From Eledone cirrhosa (Eukaryota): a stretch of 64,000 nucleotides of DNA. The notes below the pieces were generated by a model that searched no databases, was not told where the DNA came from, and was given only the letters and a program-made list of their open reading frames with translations. A program made the translations under genes and the position numbers. Shown piece after piece: positions 27,295 to 41,233 of the stretch; the stretch's first letter is position 1, and every line of letters begins with the position of its first letter. The stretch spans positions 50,778,001-50,842,000 of the forward strand of contig OZ024748.1 of assembly GCA_964016885.1 (NCBI GenBank), read 5' to 3'.

Positions 27295-27383
27295 ATCTCT
27301 CGCTGAGGAAAGCCTACGGATTATCTGTTACAAACACAATTTTCAGGGAGAAACAGTTTAAATCTCTAATCTGTCCGAGAGAT
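27295..27383 (+). ncRNA. Type I hammerhead, canonical core, long loose stem II
   Basis: atctctcg-CTGAGGA-aagcct...aggga-GAAA-cag...ctg-TC-cgagagat; perfect 8-bp stem I. Confidence 0.78.
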
Positions 27384-27635
27384 GAAATGGTTATTAATAC
27401 GGTCTGTATAAATTATATATCTCACTGTATGATTTCGATTAAATATATAAAACATTTGTGGTATATCTACCCTGGGAATTTTAGAGACAGAATTCTCTCT
27501 CTTTACTTCTAGATTATATATATATATATATATATTTATAAATTAAATTTATAACAAATTGGAGTGAAAGCAACTGGTGCGTGTGTTTTTTATTGGCAAC
27601 ATGACACTCCCAAAGCATAACAATATATATACATA

Positions 27636-27703
<68 letters not shown>

Positions 27704-28114
27704 AATATATATATATATATTTGTGTGTGCGCTTTTGAAAATCTGGGAATATATGCAAAGGAAGGTTGATAAGGGAGGGATATAATTTTTGAATCTCAAT
27801 TTTGTCACTGAATCAAAGTTGTTTTGTTGCCTCATCTTGTCCTTTACAACATTCGTTACAATATATCTTACATAAGTTTTTCTTTATGTACACCTATTTA
27901 AAAACATATATTTCAGTTCCTTTGAAAAAACAATACAATTTTGTCTATATGCCAATGTACATTTTCATATATTTCTCTCGTTTCTTGTCTGTCCACCTGT
28001 CTATTATTCCATTAACACTACAATATCCGATATTTCCATGTTCACTCCGCCTCCTCTGTCGCCCCCTCCACTCACCCGACTCTTTCTCTCAATATATATA
28101 TATATATATATATG

Positions 28115-28149
<35 letters not shown>

Positions 28150-28301
28150 AGTATATATATATACATAAGTATATATATATTTATAAATACGTATATATAT
28201 ATATATTTATATATGTATGGGTTTATGTGTATGTATATGTATATGTACATGTATATATATATACATGTGTGTGTGTATATATGTGTATATATATGTGTAT
28301 A

Positions 28302-28369
<68 letters not shown>

Positions 28370-28577
28370 GTGCGTGCGTGTGTTAAGTTTATTAAAATTT
28401 GTTCTTCTATTTACCAGTTCAACATGTTTTAACTTCTAGTTTCGCTATTTTCCCCTTCACACTTTTTCATTTTAGGAGATTAATCTGTTATAAGAGTCAT
28501 TTGCCACTGTTGCCCTCATCTTTCTTTTTGAGAACATATGCGGTTTATACAAATAAACATTCATATATACATATTCA

Positions 28578-28643
<66 letters not shown>

Positions 28644-28644
28644 G

Positions 28645-29190
28645 TTTGTAAACACACCGAGCATTATAATAAATGTTCGGTGAATCCATACGTACATATA
28701 TATATGTGTGCATGTATGTATATATATATACATACTACTGTACGTCTGTATACATATATGTATGTACGTGTACATACTTATATTTAAGTAACAGTCGTAC
28801 TAAGAGTGGGAAATGAAATTTCGTTTCACTTTTTCCGTTTATCGTTTTCGGTGCACCCGGCCGATTAACCCACTCGATATGCAAATTGAGCTACTCAGCC
28901 GTTAATATGCATAAGGTAAGTATATACGTTCAACAATCTGGCAGGAAGGTATACGTTGCTGACGATAGCTAATAAGCTTGAAACTAGTAGAGCGTTCCTT
29001 TGTCAGGAACAAACGAGCAACGATGGTTGCTGGACACTACGGCTTAATACGGGATATTTGTTTACAAACACACCGAGCATTATAATAAATGTTCGGTGAA
29101 TCCATACGTACATATATATATCTGTGCATGTATGTATATATATATGCATACTACTGTACGTTTGTATACATATATGTATGTACGTGTACA
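28645..29190 (+). mobile_element. Second copy (~416-bp period) of the 25659-26325 repeat, opposite orientation
   Basis: aacacaccgagcattataataaatgttcggtg occurs at 28651 and 29067. Confidence 0.75.
28953..28995 (+). ncRNA. Minimal type I hammerhead with a 1-bp stem III and palindromic CUAG loop
   Basis: acgttg-CTGACGA-tagctaataagctt-GAAA-ctag-TA-gagcgt; G-G mismatch next to the core in stem I. Confidence 0.75.
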
Positions 29191-29194
29191 TATT

Positions 29195-29252
<58 letters not shown>

Positions 29253-29573
29253 TATATTATATTATATATATATATATATTTATATATATATACATACTAT
29301 ATATATATATATTTTCTCATTTTTTCCTCTCATTAGGTTGCCTCATCATTCCTGTTTGTTTACCTGTCTTCTTTTCTCCACACAATTCTTTTTATCCCAA
29401 TAACTTATTTTAGTTATTGTTCTCGCTAGCCTGAGGTATCTGGTCTTTAATGTAAAGAAATAACTATGATGGCTAGTAGACCACTGATGATGGATAGTCC
29501 TGGCTTCTATTTCTAATTCTTCATTTTAATTTGTATATCACATTTGCAACAACACAGCATGCCATTTTTCATT

Positions 29574-29635
<62 letters not shown>

Positions 29636-29783
29636 AATATATATACACACATATTTACATACATATATATATATATAAATATATATACACACATATTTAC
29701 ATACATATATATATATATATTTATATATACACACATATTTACATACATATATATATATATATATTTATATATACACACATATT

Positions 29784-29856
<73 letters not shown>

Positions 29857-29923
29857 GTATGTATATTAATATATATATATATTTGTATATATATATATAT
29901 ATATATATACATATGTGTGTGTG

Positions 29924-29973
<50 letters not shown>

Positions 29974-30939
29974 CATGACCAGTTGCAGCAGCTGAATTTC
30001 GTTAGTCGCATATTCAGTAAAACAATGTTTTAAAAAATACTTTTACATAACATTTAAAATAACATTAATTTTTTAAAAGTTATATAACTTCAGAATTTTA
30101 TGATTACAGAAATTAATATATTTCATATAATGATAGGAATGTTCTATTTTGCGTTTTTCATCGAATACGTAGTCGATCTTGCATTACGCCAAATACACAC
30201 ATTTTTGACGAAAATCGAGCTGCTTATCCATGGAAGATGTTGCATGTCTACCCATACCCAGTTATATTTCACAATTGGCTGAATGACAACATTCGAAGAC
30301 TCTAGACACTTTGATCGGTGTGGATGAAAGTCGGAATATGGAGTCATCTGATCCTATTTAGTTAAAGTGTTCTCAAGGCTGTATTAAGAGTTTGATATTA
30401 TATATTTAATTTAGAAAATATTTCTACTGCTTATATATATTCTGATTTACTTCTGTATCACATCTCACTCCATGTATCATATACCAATGTGTACATTCTC
30501 ATATGTTTTGTAACTATTGAACGGCATTTTGCATGAACGTAAGAATTATGTAGGGATAGCTGACAGGACAGTCGTGAAAAATCCATACAAACCTGTTCAG
30601 GTGCATCCAACGCTCGAACCTGTTTCGATGGTATTTCCCAAATTCGCCTGTGTACTCCTGCAGAGATCGCAGAATTTTATCTAAGAATGTTCCGGGCAGG
30701 GCGTGAGTACTGAAAAGTTGAAACTTCGAAACAACTGTTCATTTGTATCGGATGGCAGAAACACGCTGCAATAAAGCCACCATTTGATCTCTGACGAATG
30801 GCGTAGGCTGCGTACAATCTAATCATGAGCAAATGCAAGCGATTTTCCAGCAGCAATTTACTGAATATTTTGTGAGGATCGACGAACCGGAGAAGAGAAA
30901 CATCGGTTCCTACATCAATAGACTGTTATTGCTGTTATT

Positions 30940-31275
30940 AATTTGGCAGAATCGGTAGAGCTTCGGACAAAATGCTTTGCAACGTAGAATTACGGCCCTT
31001 TATAATCTGAGTTCAAATCTCGCCGAGGTTAGCTTTGCATTTCATCCTTATGTCGTCAATAAAACCTATTGTGCAATGTATCCTTCCATATTTTCAATCG
31101 TTAATATGTGACTTTGAACAGGTTTTATGTCTATAAAGCCGATCACTCTTGTGTGACAATGCGGATGAATACCTGTTAAATAAAGTACTAGTAATGCACT
31201 GATATCGATTTAATCGACTTACTCCTCTCCCAGAAATGCTGGCCATGTGCCTAAAGTAGAAACAACTATTATTAT
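30940..31275 (+). mobile_element. SINE interrupted by a ~115-bp insertion
   Basis: SINE head at 30940-31060 and tail at 31178-31275. Confidence 0.7.
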
Positions 31276-31284
31276 TATTTTTAT

Positions 31285-33429
31285 TATTGTTATTCTTTGA
31301 GTCTCAGTCATTGACGTTATTTAACTGGAAAGTTTGTTGAAATGAATATCAAGCCGCTACCTGCAGCCTCAGATATTCAGGACGTATCGGAGGGTTCTTG
31401 CTGTTCCCAGCAAGCATACCTTTTGAAATGTTCCAAAAAGCGGGGCTGGACTAATCTTCTTTAACCATCATTGGAAACTCTTTGAGATAGTACCTAGTTC
31501 GCCTATGACAATCGGGACGACTCTGACTTCATGGCAGTTCCAAATCCTTTTTACCTCCCACTTTAAGTCCTGGTATCGGTTAATTTTCTCCCTCTCTTTT
31601 TCTTGCACTCACGTGTCAAATGGGCTGGCTACATCTACAATCAGGCACGATCTTTTTTCCTTGACCAAAATCACCAGGTCAGGCCTATTTTGTTCTAATT
31701 TCTTGTCCCTCTGTATCCTAAAATTCCGTAGCACTTTCCCTTGATCGTTTTCTATCACCGACTCTGGCTTATGCTCATACCACTTCTCAGAATGTGGTAA
31801 ATTGTTTACTTTGCATAGGTGCCAGTGGATCACCCTGCCCATCACATCATGTCTCCAGCCCTTATAGTGAGTCTGGGCTAGGTGTTTACACTCGGATACA
31901 ATGTCTGCCACAGTCTCCTCTCTCTCTCCACAGATCGTACACAGTGGGCTAGCCTCCTCCTTGTAAATATGGTGTTTCAGCCACTTCGTTTTGAGGGCCT
32001 GCTCTTGCGTAGCCATTAGCATTCCTTCTGTTGCCTTTTTAAGGTCTCCTCTTTTTAACCAGTTCCATGTCTGTGGATTTCTAAATTCAGTTTTCTTAAA
32101 GAAGGTACTATGAATGGATTTTTCATGAAGGTTGCTCTTCCTCCTTGTTGTTATTTCCTCCTTGGACATCCCCTGGTCAATTGTCTTCTCCTTCAGTACA
32201 ATTTTGAGCATTGGCTCCCTACTGTCAGTCACGTATTTGTGCAGGTTGTTTTTCTCCATCTGAACACAGTCCTCTATGCTGATAAGACCTCTTCCACCTT
32301 CAGATCTCTTTAAGTAGAGTCTATCGAAATCACTCCTCTTGTGGAACATGTTGTAGATAGTCAATAGCTTCCTAGTCTTTCTATCCATTTCTTTTTGTTC
32401 AGCAACATTCCATCTCAGAATTCCCGCACTCTACCTAATAATAGACACAGCTCGGGAATTCACTGCACTTATGACATTCCTATTATTTAGATGTGATTTT
32501 AATACGCTCCTTATTCTTCTAATGTACTCAGATCTTATAAATTCCTTCATTTTTTTTGTTCTTGATGTCATCTGCCTCCAGAACACCTAAATATGTGTAT
32601 CCTTCTTCAGGGTCAATTTCCTTTATCATCTCACCTGTTGGTACCTGGATTCCGTTGCTTCTGCTCAATTTACCCCTCTTCATCACAAGGTCTCTACACT
32701 TATTAATAACAAATTGCATAGATATATTATTGCTGAAAATACGGACAGTGTCAATCCTTCTCACTCTTCCCAAAGAGTTTAAGATCGTCCATAAAGAGGA
32801 GGTGGTTGATGGTAATCTCTCCTTTCCCAACTTGTATCCTGCTCTCACTTTTCGCAATATAATGGTCAGAGGTATCAGGGCAAGGACAAACAGCGGAGGG
32901 GACAAACTATCTCCCTGGAAGATACCTCTCTTGATCTTCACGCCTCCCAGGGATTCTCCACCCGATGTTAACTGTTTCCCAGGACTTCATACTTTTGCTC
33001 AACAACTGTCTGATGTTATCTGCCACCTTGAAGATCTCTAGGCTTTTGGTTATCCAAGAATGAGGTACCATGTCGAATGCCTTTTTGTAATCTATCCATC
33101 CCATGCCAAGACCAGTGTGTCTCCTCTTGCAATTCCTCATTACCATCTTATCAATTAGTAACTGGTATTTTGTACCACGGGACTTCTTTCGGCGTCCTTT
33201 CTGTTCGTCCGGTAGCAAGTTGTTTATGTGGAGGTGATGGTAGATTTCCTCAGACACAATACTTGTTAACAGTTTCCACATTACGGACAGACATGTGATA
33301 GGTCTATAGTTGGTAACATGATTACCCTTGATTCGGTCTTTCATTACCAGAACTTTGGTACCTTTTGTCAACCACTCTGGTACCTCACCCGACATCAAGC
33401 AGTCATTGAACATGGTTGTCAATTTCGGA
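31285..33429 (-). mobile_element. 5'-truncated R4/Dong-like non-LTR retrotransposon (RT plus restriction-like endonuclease), decayed
   Basis: NYRPITCL, WIDYKKAFDMV, GIFQGDSLSP, YLKRSEGGRGL, CTICG..EETV.DIVSEC, RHD and RPDLV...IVDVASPFD motifs; (TAA)n tail. Confidence 0.92.
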
Positions 33430-33547
33430 TGGGAACAGCAAGAACCCTCCGAAACGTCCTGAATATCTGAGGCTGCAGGTAGTGGCTTGATATTCATTTC
33501 AACAAACTTTCCAGTTAACTAACATCAATGACTGAGACTCAAAGAAC

Positions 33548-33589
<42 letters not shown>

Positions 33590-33590
33590 T
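33430..33590 (+). repeat. Inverted duplicate of the R4/Dong element 3' end with its own (TAA)n tail
   Basis: 33430-33546 is the reverse complement of 31293-31409 with a few mismatches. Confidence 0.88.
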
Positions 33591-33758
33591 ATTATTTTTC
33601 TTTTTTTTTTCTTTCATTATTGTTTCTGAGATATGTGCCGAGTGTCTTCCTGTCACCTAGGGCGAGGTTAACTTTGCCTTTCATCCCTACGGGGTCGATA
33701 AAATAAAGTACCAGTAATACACTGGGTAGTTGCTGGCCTTGTTCCAAAAGTAGAAACA

Positions 33759-33796
<38 letters not shown>

Positions 33797-34357
33797 CCTT
33801 ATTCTTATTCTTATTATCATCATTATAAATAATTGAAAATAATGATTGATGACACACTCTATTATGAAGAGCTATGCGTGTGTGTGTGTGAGGGAGAGCG
33901 AGTGTGGATGGGTGGGGGGTGGCGGTTCGGTGAGTTTGCTTTCAGGGAAAAACCAAACAAAACAAAAAGAAAACGTTGTTAAGACAAAAGAGTGTGATTA
34001 GAAAGATGAATACAGAGAAGAAAATAATAATAAAAAAACGAGAGCAAGAGCATTAAAAATATTCCACAACAATTACCACATATAAGTTATACAAAGACAT
34101 ATCTTGAAATTAACTAATAACGACATTTAATTAAAAGTCTTCAAATCTCTTTCGTATTTCTTCGTTTGATTTTAATAGATTTTGTTAACTGTTAAATTCT
34201 TGGCACGATATATCATAGTTTTATATCTATGTGTAGGCATGGTTGGTCACTGTCTAGATGTGGAGATGTATTTATTGTATTTAGTTTTTCCCAAAAGGTG
34301 AGTAGATACACATGTATTTGTCAGACATTACAAACATACATGGATATATATATATGA

Positions 34358-34466
<109 letters not shown>

Positions 34467-34607
34467 CATTATACATATATATAAATAATATAAATATATA
34501 TACATGTGTATTTGATGTATGTATACATGTATATACGTATGAATGTATGTATTTATGTATGTATGGTATGTATGTATGTATGTATGTAACTATGTATGTA
34601 TATATTT

Positions 34608-35200
34608 TGGGCCCAGCACTATGTGTCAATAATTGTCACAAGTGTAGTGTTTGTACCAGAGTTTTCAAGTCGCTGGCTGGACTAAAAAGTCACACTCGTT
34701 CAGCGCATTGGTAGGGGTTCTCCTACATGGATATAAAGTAGTGGCCGAAAACGAGTTGGCAGCCACCATATATGCAGGTATGTATGTATGTATGTATGTA
34801 TGTATGTATGTATGTATGTATGTATGTATGTATGAAGGAAAACTCTGATATAACACCTGCAACCCTGATGCTATCCAATGATGTTGACTTATTCTTCTTT
34901 TTGGTAAATATCATCTTGGTTAAGAGAGTGGGACTGGCTTTGTGCAGTGCCTTTGCTCACTATAAAAGCTTCACGGCACAGGCATTGCTTTATATCTGGA
35001 GATCTCTCTGCACTTGTCGTCACATGATACCATGGGCCCAGCACTGTATCAATAATTGTCACAAGTGTAGTGTTTGTACCAGAGTTTTCAAGTCGCTGGC
35101 TGGACTAAAAAGTCACACTCATTCAGCGCATTGGTAGGGGTTCTCCTACATGGATATAAAGTAGTGGTCGTACTCGAAAACGAGTTGGCAGCCACCATGT
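34608..35200 (+). mobile_element. Two 3' ends of a LINE (RTE-like C-terminal C2H2 finger) with (TATG)n tails
   Basis: [22 protein letters not shown] at 34608-34770 and 35032-35200, each followed by (TATG)n. Confidence 0.65.
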
Positions 35201-35500
35201 ATGTATGTATGTATATATGTATGTATGTATGTATCTATCTATCTATGTATCTATCTATCTATCTATGTATCTATCTATCTATCTATGTATATATGCAGGT
35301 ATGTATGTTGGTAAATATAAATTTAACTTAGTCAAACCACAGAGTTTGAGACGAACTTTATCCAAACTCTGAACATAATTGACAAGGTATATAAAGATAA
35401 TTGAATGTTATAAATATATATTTGCTTCTCTCCTTATGGATGTTATCAAACATTAAAATAGTTGTCTCAATTATTCATAACAGAGTGCGACCGTGTCATC

Positions 35501-35692
35501 AATAATTGTTTCTACTTTTGGCACAAGGCCAGCAATTACCCAGTACATTACTGGTACTTTATTTTATGGACCGCGTAAGGATGAAAGGCAAAGTTAACCC
35601 CGGCGGGATTTGAACTCAGATCATAAAGAGCTGTAACTCTTTGCTGCAAAGCATGGGGTCCGACTCTCTACCGATACTGCCAATCCACCGCC
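35501..35692 (-). mobile_element. SINE, full length
   Basis: Reverse complement of the SINE consensus. Confidence 0.82.
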
Positions 35693-37040
35693 CTTCTCGT
35701 CAATAATGACGGCAATAGAGCTGAAGGTATTTAAATTCCGGAGTCCAGGTGTATTGCGTCATATATACCCGGATCACCGGTTATATGAATATATAATCAT
35801 ACAGTGACATTTCCACTTTGACATTTGCACTTTGATATAAATTAATATTTATAAATTAGTATTTCATCCTTACGGGGTCGATAAAATAAAGTACCAGTAA
35901 TAACTACCCTAAGTATTGAGTACTCTGGTGCGTTATGGTCCATCTGGTTCCTTACCACAATTCCTTTGTTATATATATATATAGTAATAATAATAAATTT
36001 GAAGACTAAAATCCAAAGCGGGCTCGATAAGGATAACTATATATCAAATATATAAGAACCCTAGAGCAAATATATATTAAAATTTGGAGAAATAGCTTTT
36101 TATGGAGACAAGAAGCCAAGAAGTTGTGTCTGTAAAGCGAAATTTCTATTGCAGCAGCATCACCAAATTAGGAAATACATTGCGTCTATATTCCATGTAT
36201 ATTTCCTATGTAAATTCTATTATCGTTGGGAATAGGTTTCAAATCCCCTCGAGGTTACCTTTCCCTTTCATCCGTACGGCGCCGATGAAAGAAAGTATCA
36301 TAACGCTGAAAATTGTTGGCCTTGTGCCTAAATCAGAAACCATTATTATCGCTCGGGATATATAATTTTGATCACGTATATACCGTCTAGTAGTAAGAAT
36401 AAAGAAAAAGAAACAGGTAGGTAGGTGAATACACCCTTCGAAGCTGTAATCTGCCTGGGCTTGTTAATAACAATTCTAGTACAACACCAAACCTTCTAAA
36501 ACGGAAAAAGAACGCCAGCTATTTTCTTACATTTGTGATATGCAGGACTACCAAGAAACCAGAGCTACAGTTTCAGCTAAGCCACCAATGTAATTGTTTC
36601 TTGATAAAGAAAATTATGTTCTTTTTTTAGATGTGATATATTTCCATTTCCGCCTGACTCGTATAATCAGTGTTGACCAATAAAAAGGTAAATGATTCTG
36701 TGCTATTTTAGGTTAATGTGTGTTTTTGGTCTTTATTATAAACAAACATGTATGTCTGATTTATGGAAACTAAAGTTTACGACAGAAGGCATCACCTGAG
36801 TATGTGTACACACTCACATACATACACACAAACACACACACACACATATATATATGTATATATACATACATACAGACATATATATATATATATATATCGA
36901 TATATAAATATATATATATATGTGAGTGGAAGTTGTATTTAATTTGTTGGAAGTCCGACAAACACAAATGTTTATAACTGATTTAGAGCACTCAACAGGT
37001 TACTGGAGTAAATATTCAATGATATATATACATACATACA

Positions 37041-37077
<37 letters not shown>

Positions 37078-37083
37078 ATATAG

Positions 37084-37114
<31 letters not shown>

Positions 37115-38245
37115 CTTTGAGTGTGAAGCTAAATAATTAGGTATGTATGACGATAAATCGGTATATACACAGATTGATGGATGGTCAGTTTGATTGATGA
37201 CAAATTGATTCAGAATTATTTTGGCAATCTTACTGATTGGCAATACATTGCTCTAATTATTCACTTCATCAAAACCAGGCTTTGAGAACTTAATTAGCGT
37301 GTCTACATACATTTTAGTAGAAATGTATACCTTTCTTTATTTGCCTCTATGCGTTTACGTCTACGTGGGTATTGATGTTTGTTTGAATGAAATTCATAGG
37401 CAGTCTGAAAAAGTTCCAAATATATCAATACAAAGACTTTGATTAATTGGTAGGCCAGTGGGAGATGATAAACATAGGAACAATTAAACGGTAATTACAT
37501 TAAATAATGTAACTGGCACTCCGTCGGTTAAGACGGGGAGTTTTCCAGTTGAGAAAATCAACCGAACAATCTAAATATTACACAGAAACACATAAAATGA
37601 ACGTACTTCTTACGGAGATTCAGAATGTGACAAAACTGAAACTTCGAATTACAGGTATAACTCATTTTTGCCAAATGAGTGGACTGGAGGAAGGTGAAAT
37701 GAAATTGTCCTGTACAAGGACAAAACAAGCCCCATACATTCCTAATCCAAACGTATGAATTATACTTAATTATATCGATTTTTAATTTTTAATTTTTAGT
37801 TTTAATTTCCAACTCTTATTCATAACTTCCACTGTGAAACCATGGTACCTAGAATTAAGTATATTTTCTCTTAGAGGTTGATGGTCAATTCTACTGTCCA
37901 TGCTTAATGTGGGGGTAGTATTGAGACCTATTGATACTCACACTCTCCCAACCCACTGGCTTTCGGCTGACTGCCACTGACGGGGTGGCTAGCAGTAAGC
38001 TATATATAACAGGCCTGAATAGGTCATTGTTTGGTTGAGAGGGGGAACTAACTGCCTAGGCGAATTTCGTTGAACTCTGTGGTAGCTAATGGTCAACTTC
38101 ATTCGGACCTGCGCCTGCGCAGACCGGTGGGGGTGAATTGGTACTCACAAAGGAACGGATGAAGAACCCAAGAGCACACACTTCGTCCGTTCCCATGTCG
38201 ATTCAATTTAGACTGCCTCGGAAACATAACATTATTATGTAACAA

Positions 38246-38304
38246 GCTGTCTGACGATATCGCGGCACTGCCGCACGGAACAGTGTGGCCACTGTCGCCA
38301 TAGC
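38246..38304 (+). ncRNA. Decayed hammerhead-like motif (GGAA in place of GAAA)
   Basis: gctgt-CTGACGA-tatcgcggca-c-tgccgcac-GGAA-cagtg(tggc)cactg-TC-gccatagc. Confidence 0.5.
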
Positions 38305-38371
38305 ATTATTATTAAAGGACTTGAACATCTAAAACTACTTCGCTTTTCCTTATTCTATATATATATATATA

Positions 38372-38487
38372 TATCTGACGACTAGATCAGGTATAGACTG
38401 TAATTTAAGGTCGAGTGAAGTAACTTCTAACGATCAGCGGCTTTTAGAATCATCTGATTAAAGAAACTATTGTTAATACTGTAAATA
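38372..38487 (+). ncRNA. Decayed hammerhead with long stem II; 5' strand of stem I eroded by (TA)n
   Basis: CTGACGA-ctagatcaggt...atctgattaaa-GAAA-ctatt(gtt)aatactg-TA. Confidence 0.45.
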
Positions 38488-38644
38488 AACCTTATTGTAC
38501 AGCCGACCATATTAATTGTCATTCTTTTGCTATTATTACTCCAAGAACCGCCTGCCTAGGAACTTTCTTAAACCGGCCACCCAACTAAGGAAACTTCTTT
38601 TTGAGTCAAACAACGACATACGTTTAAACTATCCTCGAAATTAT

Positions 38645-38696
<52 letters not shown>

Positions 38697-38699
38697 CCT

Positions 38700-38755
38700 C
38701 ATCATCATCATCATAGTTTAAAGTCCATCTTCCACGCTAGCATGTGTTTCACGGA
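38700..38755 (-). mobile_element. 3' terminal fragment of the RTE family seen at 12515-14944
   Basis: Reverse complement resembles catgttagcgtggaaaatggacgttaaac+(gat)n. Confidence 0.6.
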
Positions 38756-38865
38756 TATATATATATATATATGTGTGTGTGTGGGGGGGGGGGGTCTGAT
38801 GGTAGCTAAGATGGTCCCATAGGCGGTATGCCGGTTGAGCACTCTATGCTCATACAGAATATTCT

Positions 38866-38908
<43 letters not shown>

Positions 38909-39147
38909 CAATATATTTAGAAACACACAGATACATGCGGACACACACATATACACGAATGCATCCGCACCCAACCGTGAGTTAAGGGTGCCAACTTCAC
39001 CGATGTTGCTCAATGAATGACTGGGACAGACCAATCCGGTTGAACTAGACTGAACCAGTATCAGAGTTAAAAATACATTATGAAGAGAGAAGAAACATTT
39101 AGATATAACTAGTAATAAAATGTATCATACCTAAACTGCTCCTAGAG

Positions 39148-39237
39148 TCCTCGACTACGTAGTTTCGTGGCATAAACAAAAACAATACATCATAAAGATA
39201 TAGAGTCCTTGCGAGGTCTGCCGACTTATCAAGAGGA
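39148..39237 (-). ncRNA. Type I hammerhead, U3:A8 core, intact, palindromic stem III
   Basis: Minus strand: tcctc-TTGATAA-gtcggca...tgccac-GAAA-ct(acgt)ag-TC-gagga. Confidence 0.82.
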
Positions 39238-39757
39238 TACCTCATTTTACTAGTCTCAAGAACGCGTCTACACGACGTGAGAAAGAATCCCGAAAGGCGG
39301 AGAGGGAGATAGTCACGCAATATATCGGTCGAGAATATATATATATATATATACTGCGGAAAGCCTACTTATCAAAGAAGTACTCGATACATGTGAAAGA
39401 TGCAGAGTATGTGTATTAGTGAAAGAAGGGGATCTACTGCGAGCTCGGTGATTTCGGCTAGTTACCAGAGAATGTAACTAGCCGAAACCACCAAGCTCAC
39501 GGTAGATCCTCTACATTCACTAATACACGCACACACACACACACACGCATATATATATATATATATAGTGACGAAACGTAAGTCAATTGCATGAACTCAT
39601 AATCCTTTAGTTACTGCTATATATATTTCGATGATAGCCATTGAATGGCTATGACCTCATCTGGGAGTTAGTCAGTTCTTAGATATGCCAGCTCAGTGTT
39701 TATGGTGTTGACGGTTTTAGAGCCTTGGGACTATATATATATATATATATATATACA

Positions 39758-39823
<66 letters not shown>

Positions 39824-39902
39824 CGGTAAGGTAAGAAACTGGGCGGTTATATCTGTAGAAAGTAGAGTATTGAGTATGTCTTACCGATTTTTTTGTGGAA
39901 GT

Positions 39903-39970
<68 letters not shown>

Positions 39971-40479
39971 GTATATATATTTATATATATATATATATAA
40001 GCATAAATTCTGGGGTATATAAATATGTCTAAATAGGCATTAGTGTGTGTGAGTGTGAAGATGTCGGTACGATGAATGTCCTTGTGCGTATATTCTGGGA
40101 TTCCTAGTAGGCATGCTGTAATGTTACCATTTCTTGCTTTCTGGAACCTACCCTCGAGTAAGTTATTGTTACCTACTTTAATGTTAATGAAGGGCATCAG
40201 TGTTTCTTTAGTACTATAGAACAGATTTCTTTAACTATAGCACTAAAACCAAAATCACTAACAACACGACTCCCTGCACCAACACCAAATCCATTTCTCA
40301 CAAGTAATGACAACTAACAAAAACAACGATAGCAACATTAACAATAATTACAACAACAGCCGTGACATTAGCACTCACAACATTAACAGGTACTCAACAA
40401 TTTGTTTCAACGAATATACCACTATTGCAATTATAAAGCATTGTGGAGACTGAGAGATTGAGAATGAACAAAGGAAAAG

Positions 40480-40561
<82 letters not shown>

Positions 40562-40620
40562 TTAGATAGATACATAGATAGATAGTTAGATAGATAGATA
40601 GATGGATGGATACGTAGATA

Positions 40621-40658
<38 letters not shown>

Positions 40659-41108
40659 GAGAGAGAGATGGAGAGAGAGAGGGGAGAAAGATAGAGAGAG
40701 AGGGAGAAGCGAGAGAGATGGAGAAGAGAGAGATATGAAAGAAATGTGGAGGTTTTGAGAGATAGATATAGCGAAAGTGAGCGGGAACCAATGATAAAGA
40801 AAGCGGTGAAAATAAGAAAGAAAGAGAGAGGGAGATAGATAGATAGACAGATAGATATAGCGAGAGGGAGAGAGAGAGAGAGATGAGAAAGTGAATAAAT
40901 GAGAAAGAGTGGAAAAGAGAGAAGATGGTAGGGGAGGCTGTTGAATGTGTACGTGAAACATCTGTACTTGACCTGACAGACAATAGGTCTAATCTGGCAG
41001 AATAATTCCCGAAACAACAGTTAAAATGATCAGATGATTTGATATGTTCTTACGCATGCGCATACAATTAACACAAATTATCACACGCATACATACACTA
41101 TCTGTCTC

Positions 41109-41139
<31 letters not shown>

Positions 41140-41188
41140 GTATATATATATATATATATGTGTGTGTGCGTGTGTGTGTGTGTCTGTG

Positions 41189-41233
<45 letters not shown>

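Noticed and set aside
30705-30755. CTGAAAA...GAAA-caa..ttg-TA
   Set aside because: C3/A8 mismatch and no adjacent stem I
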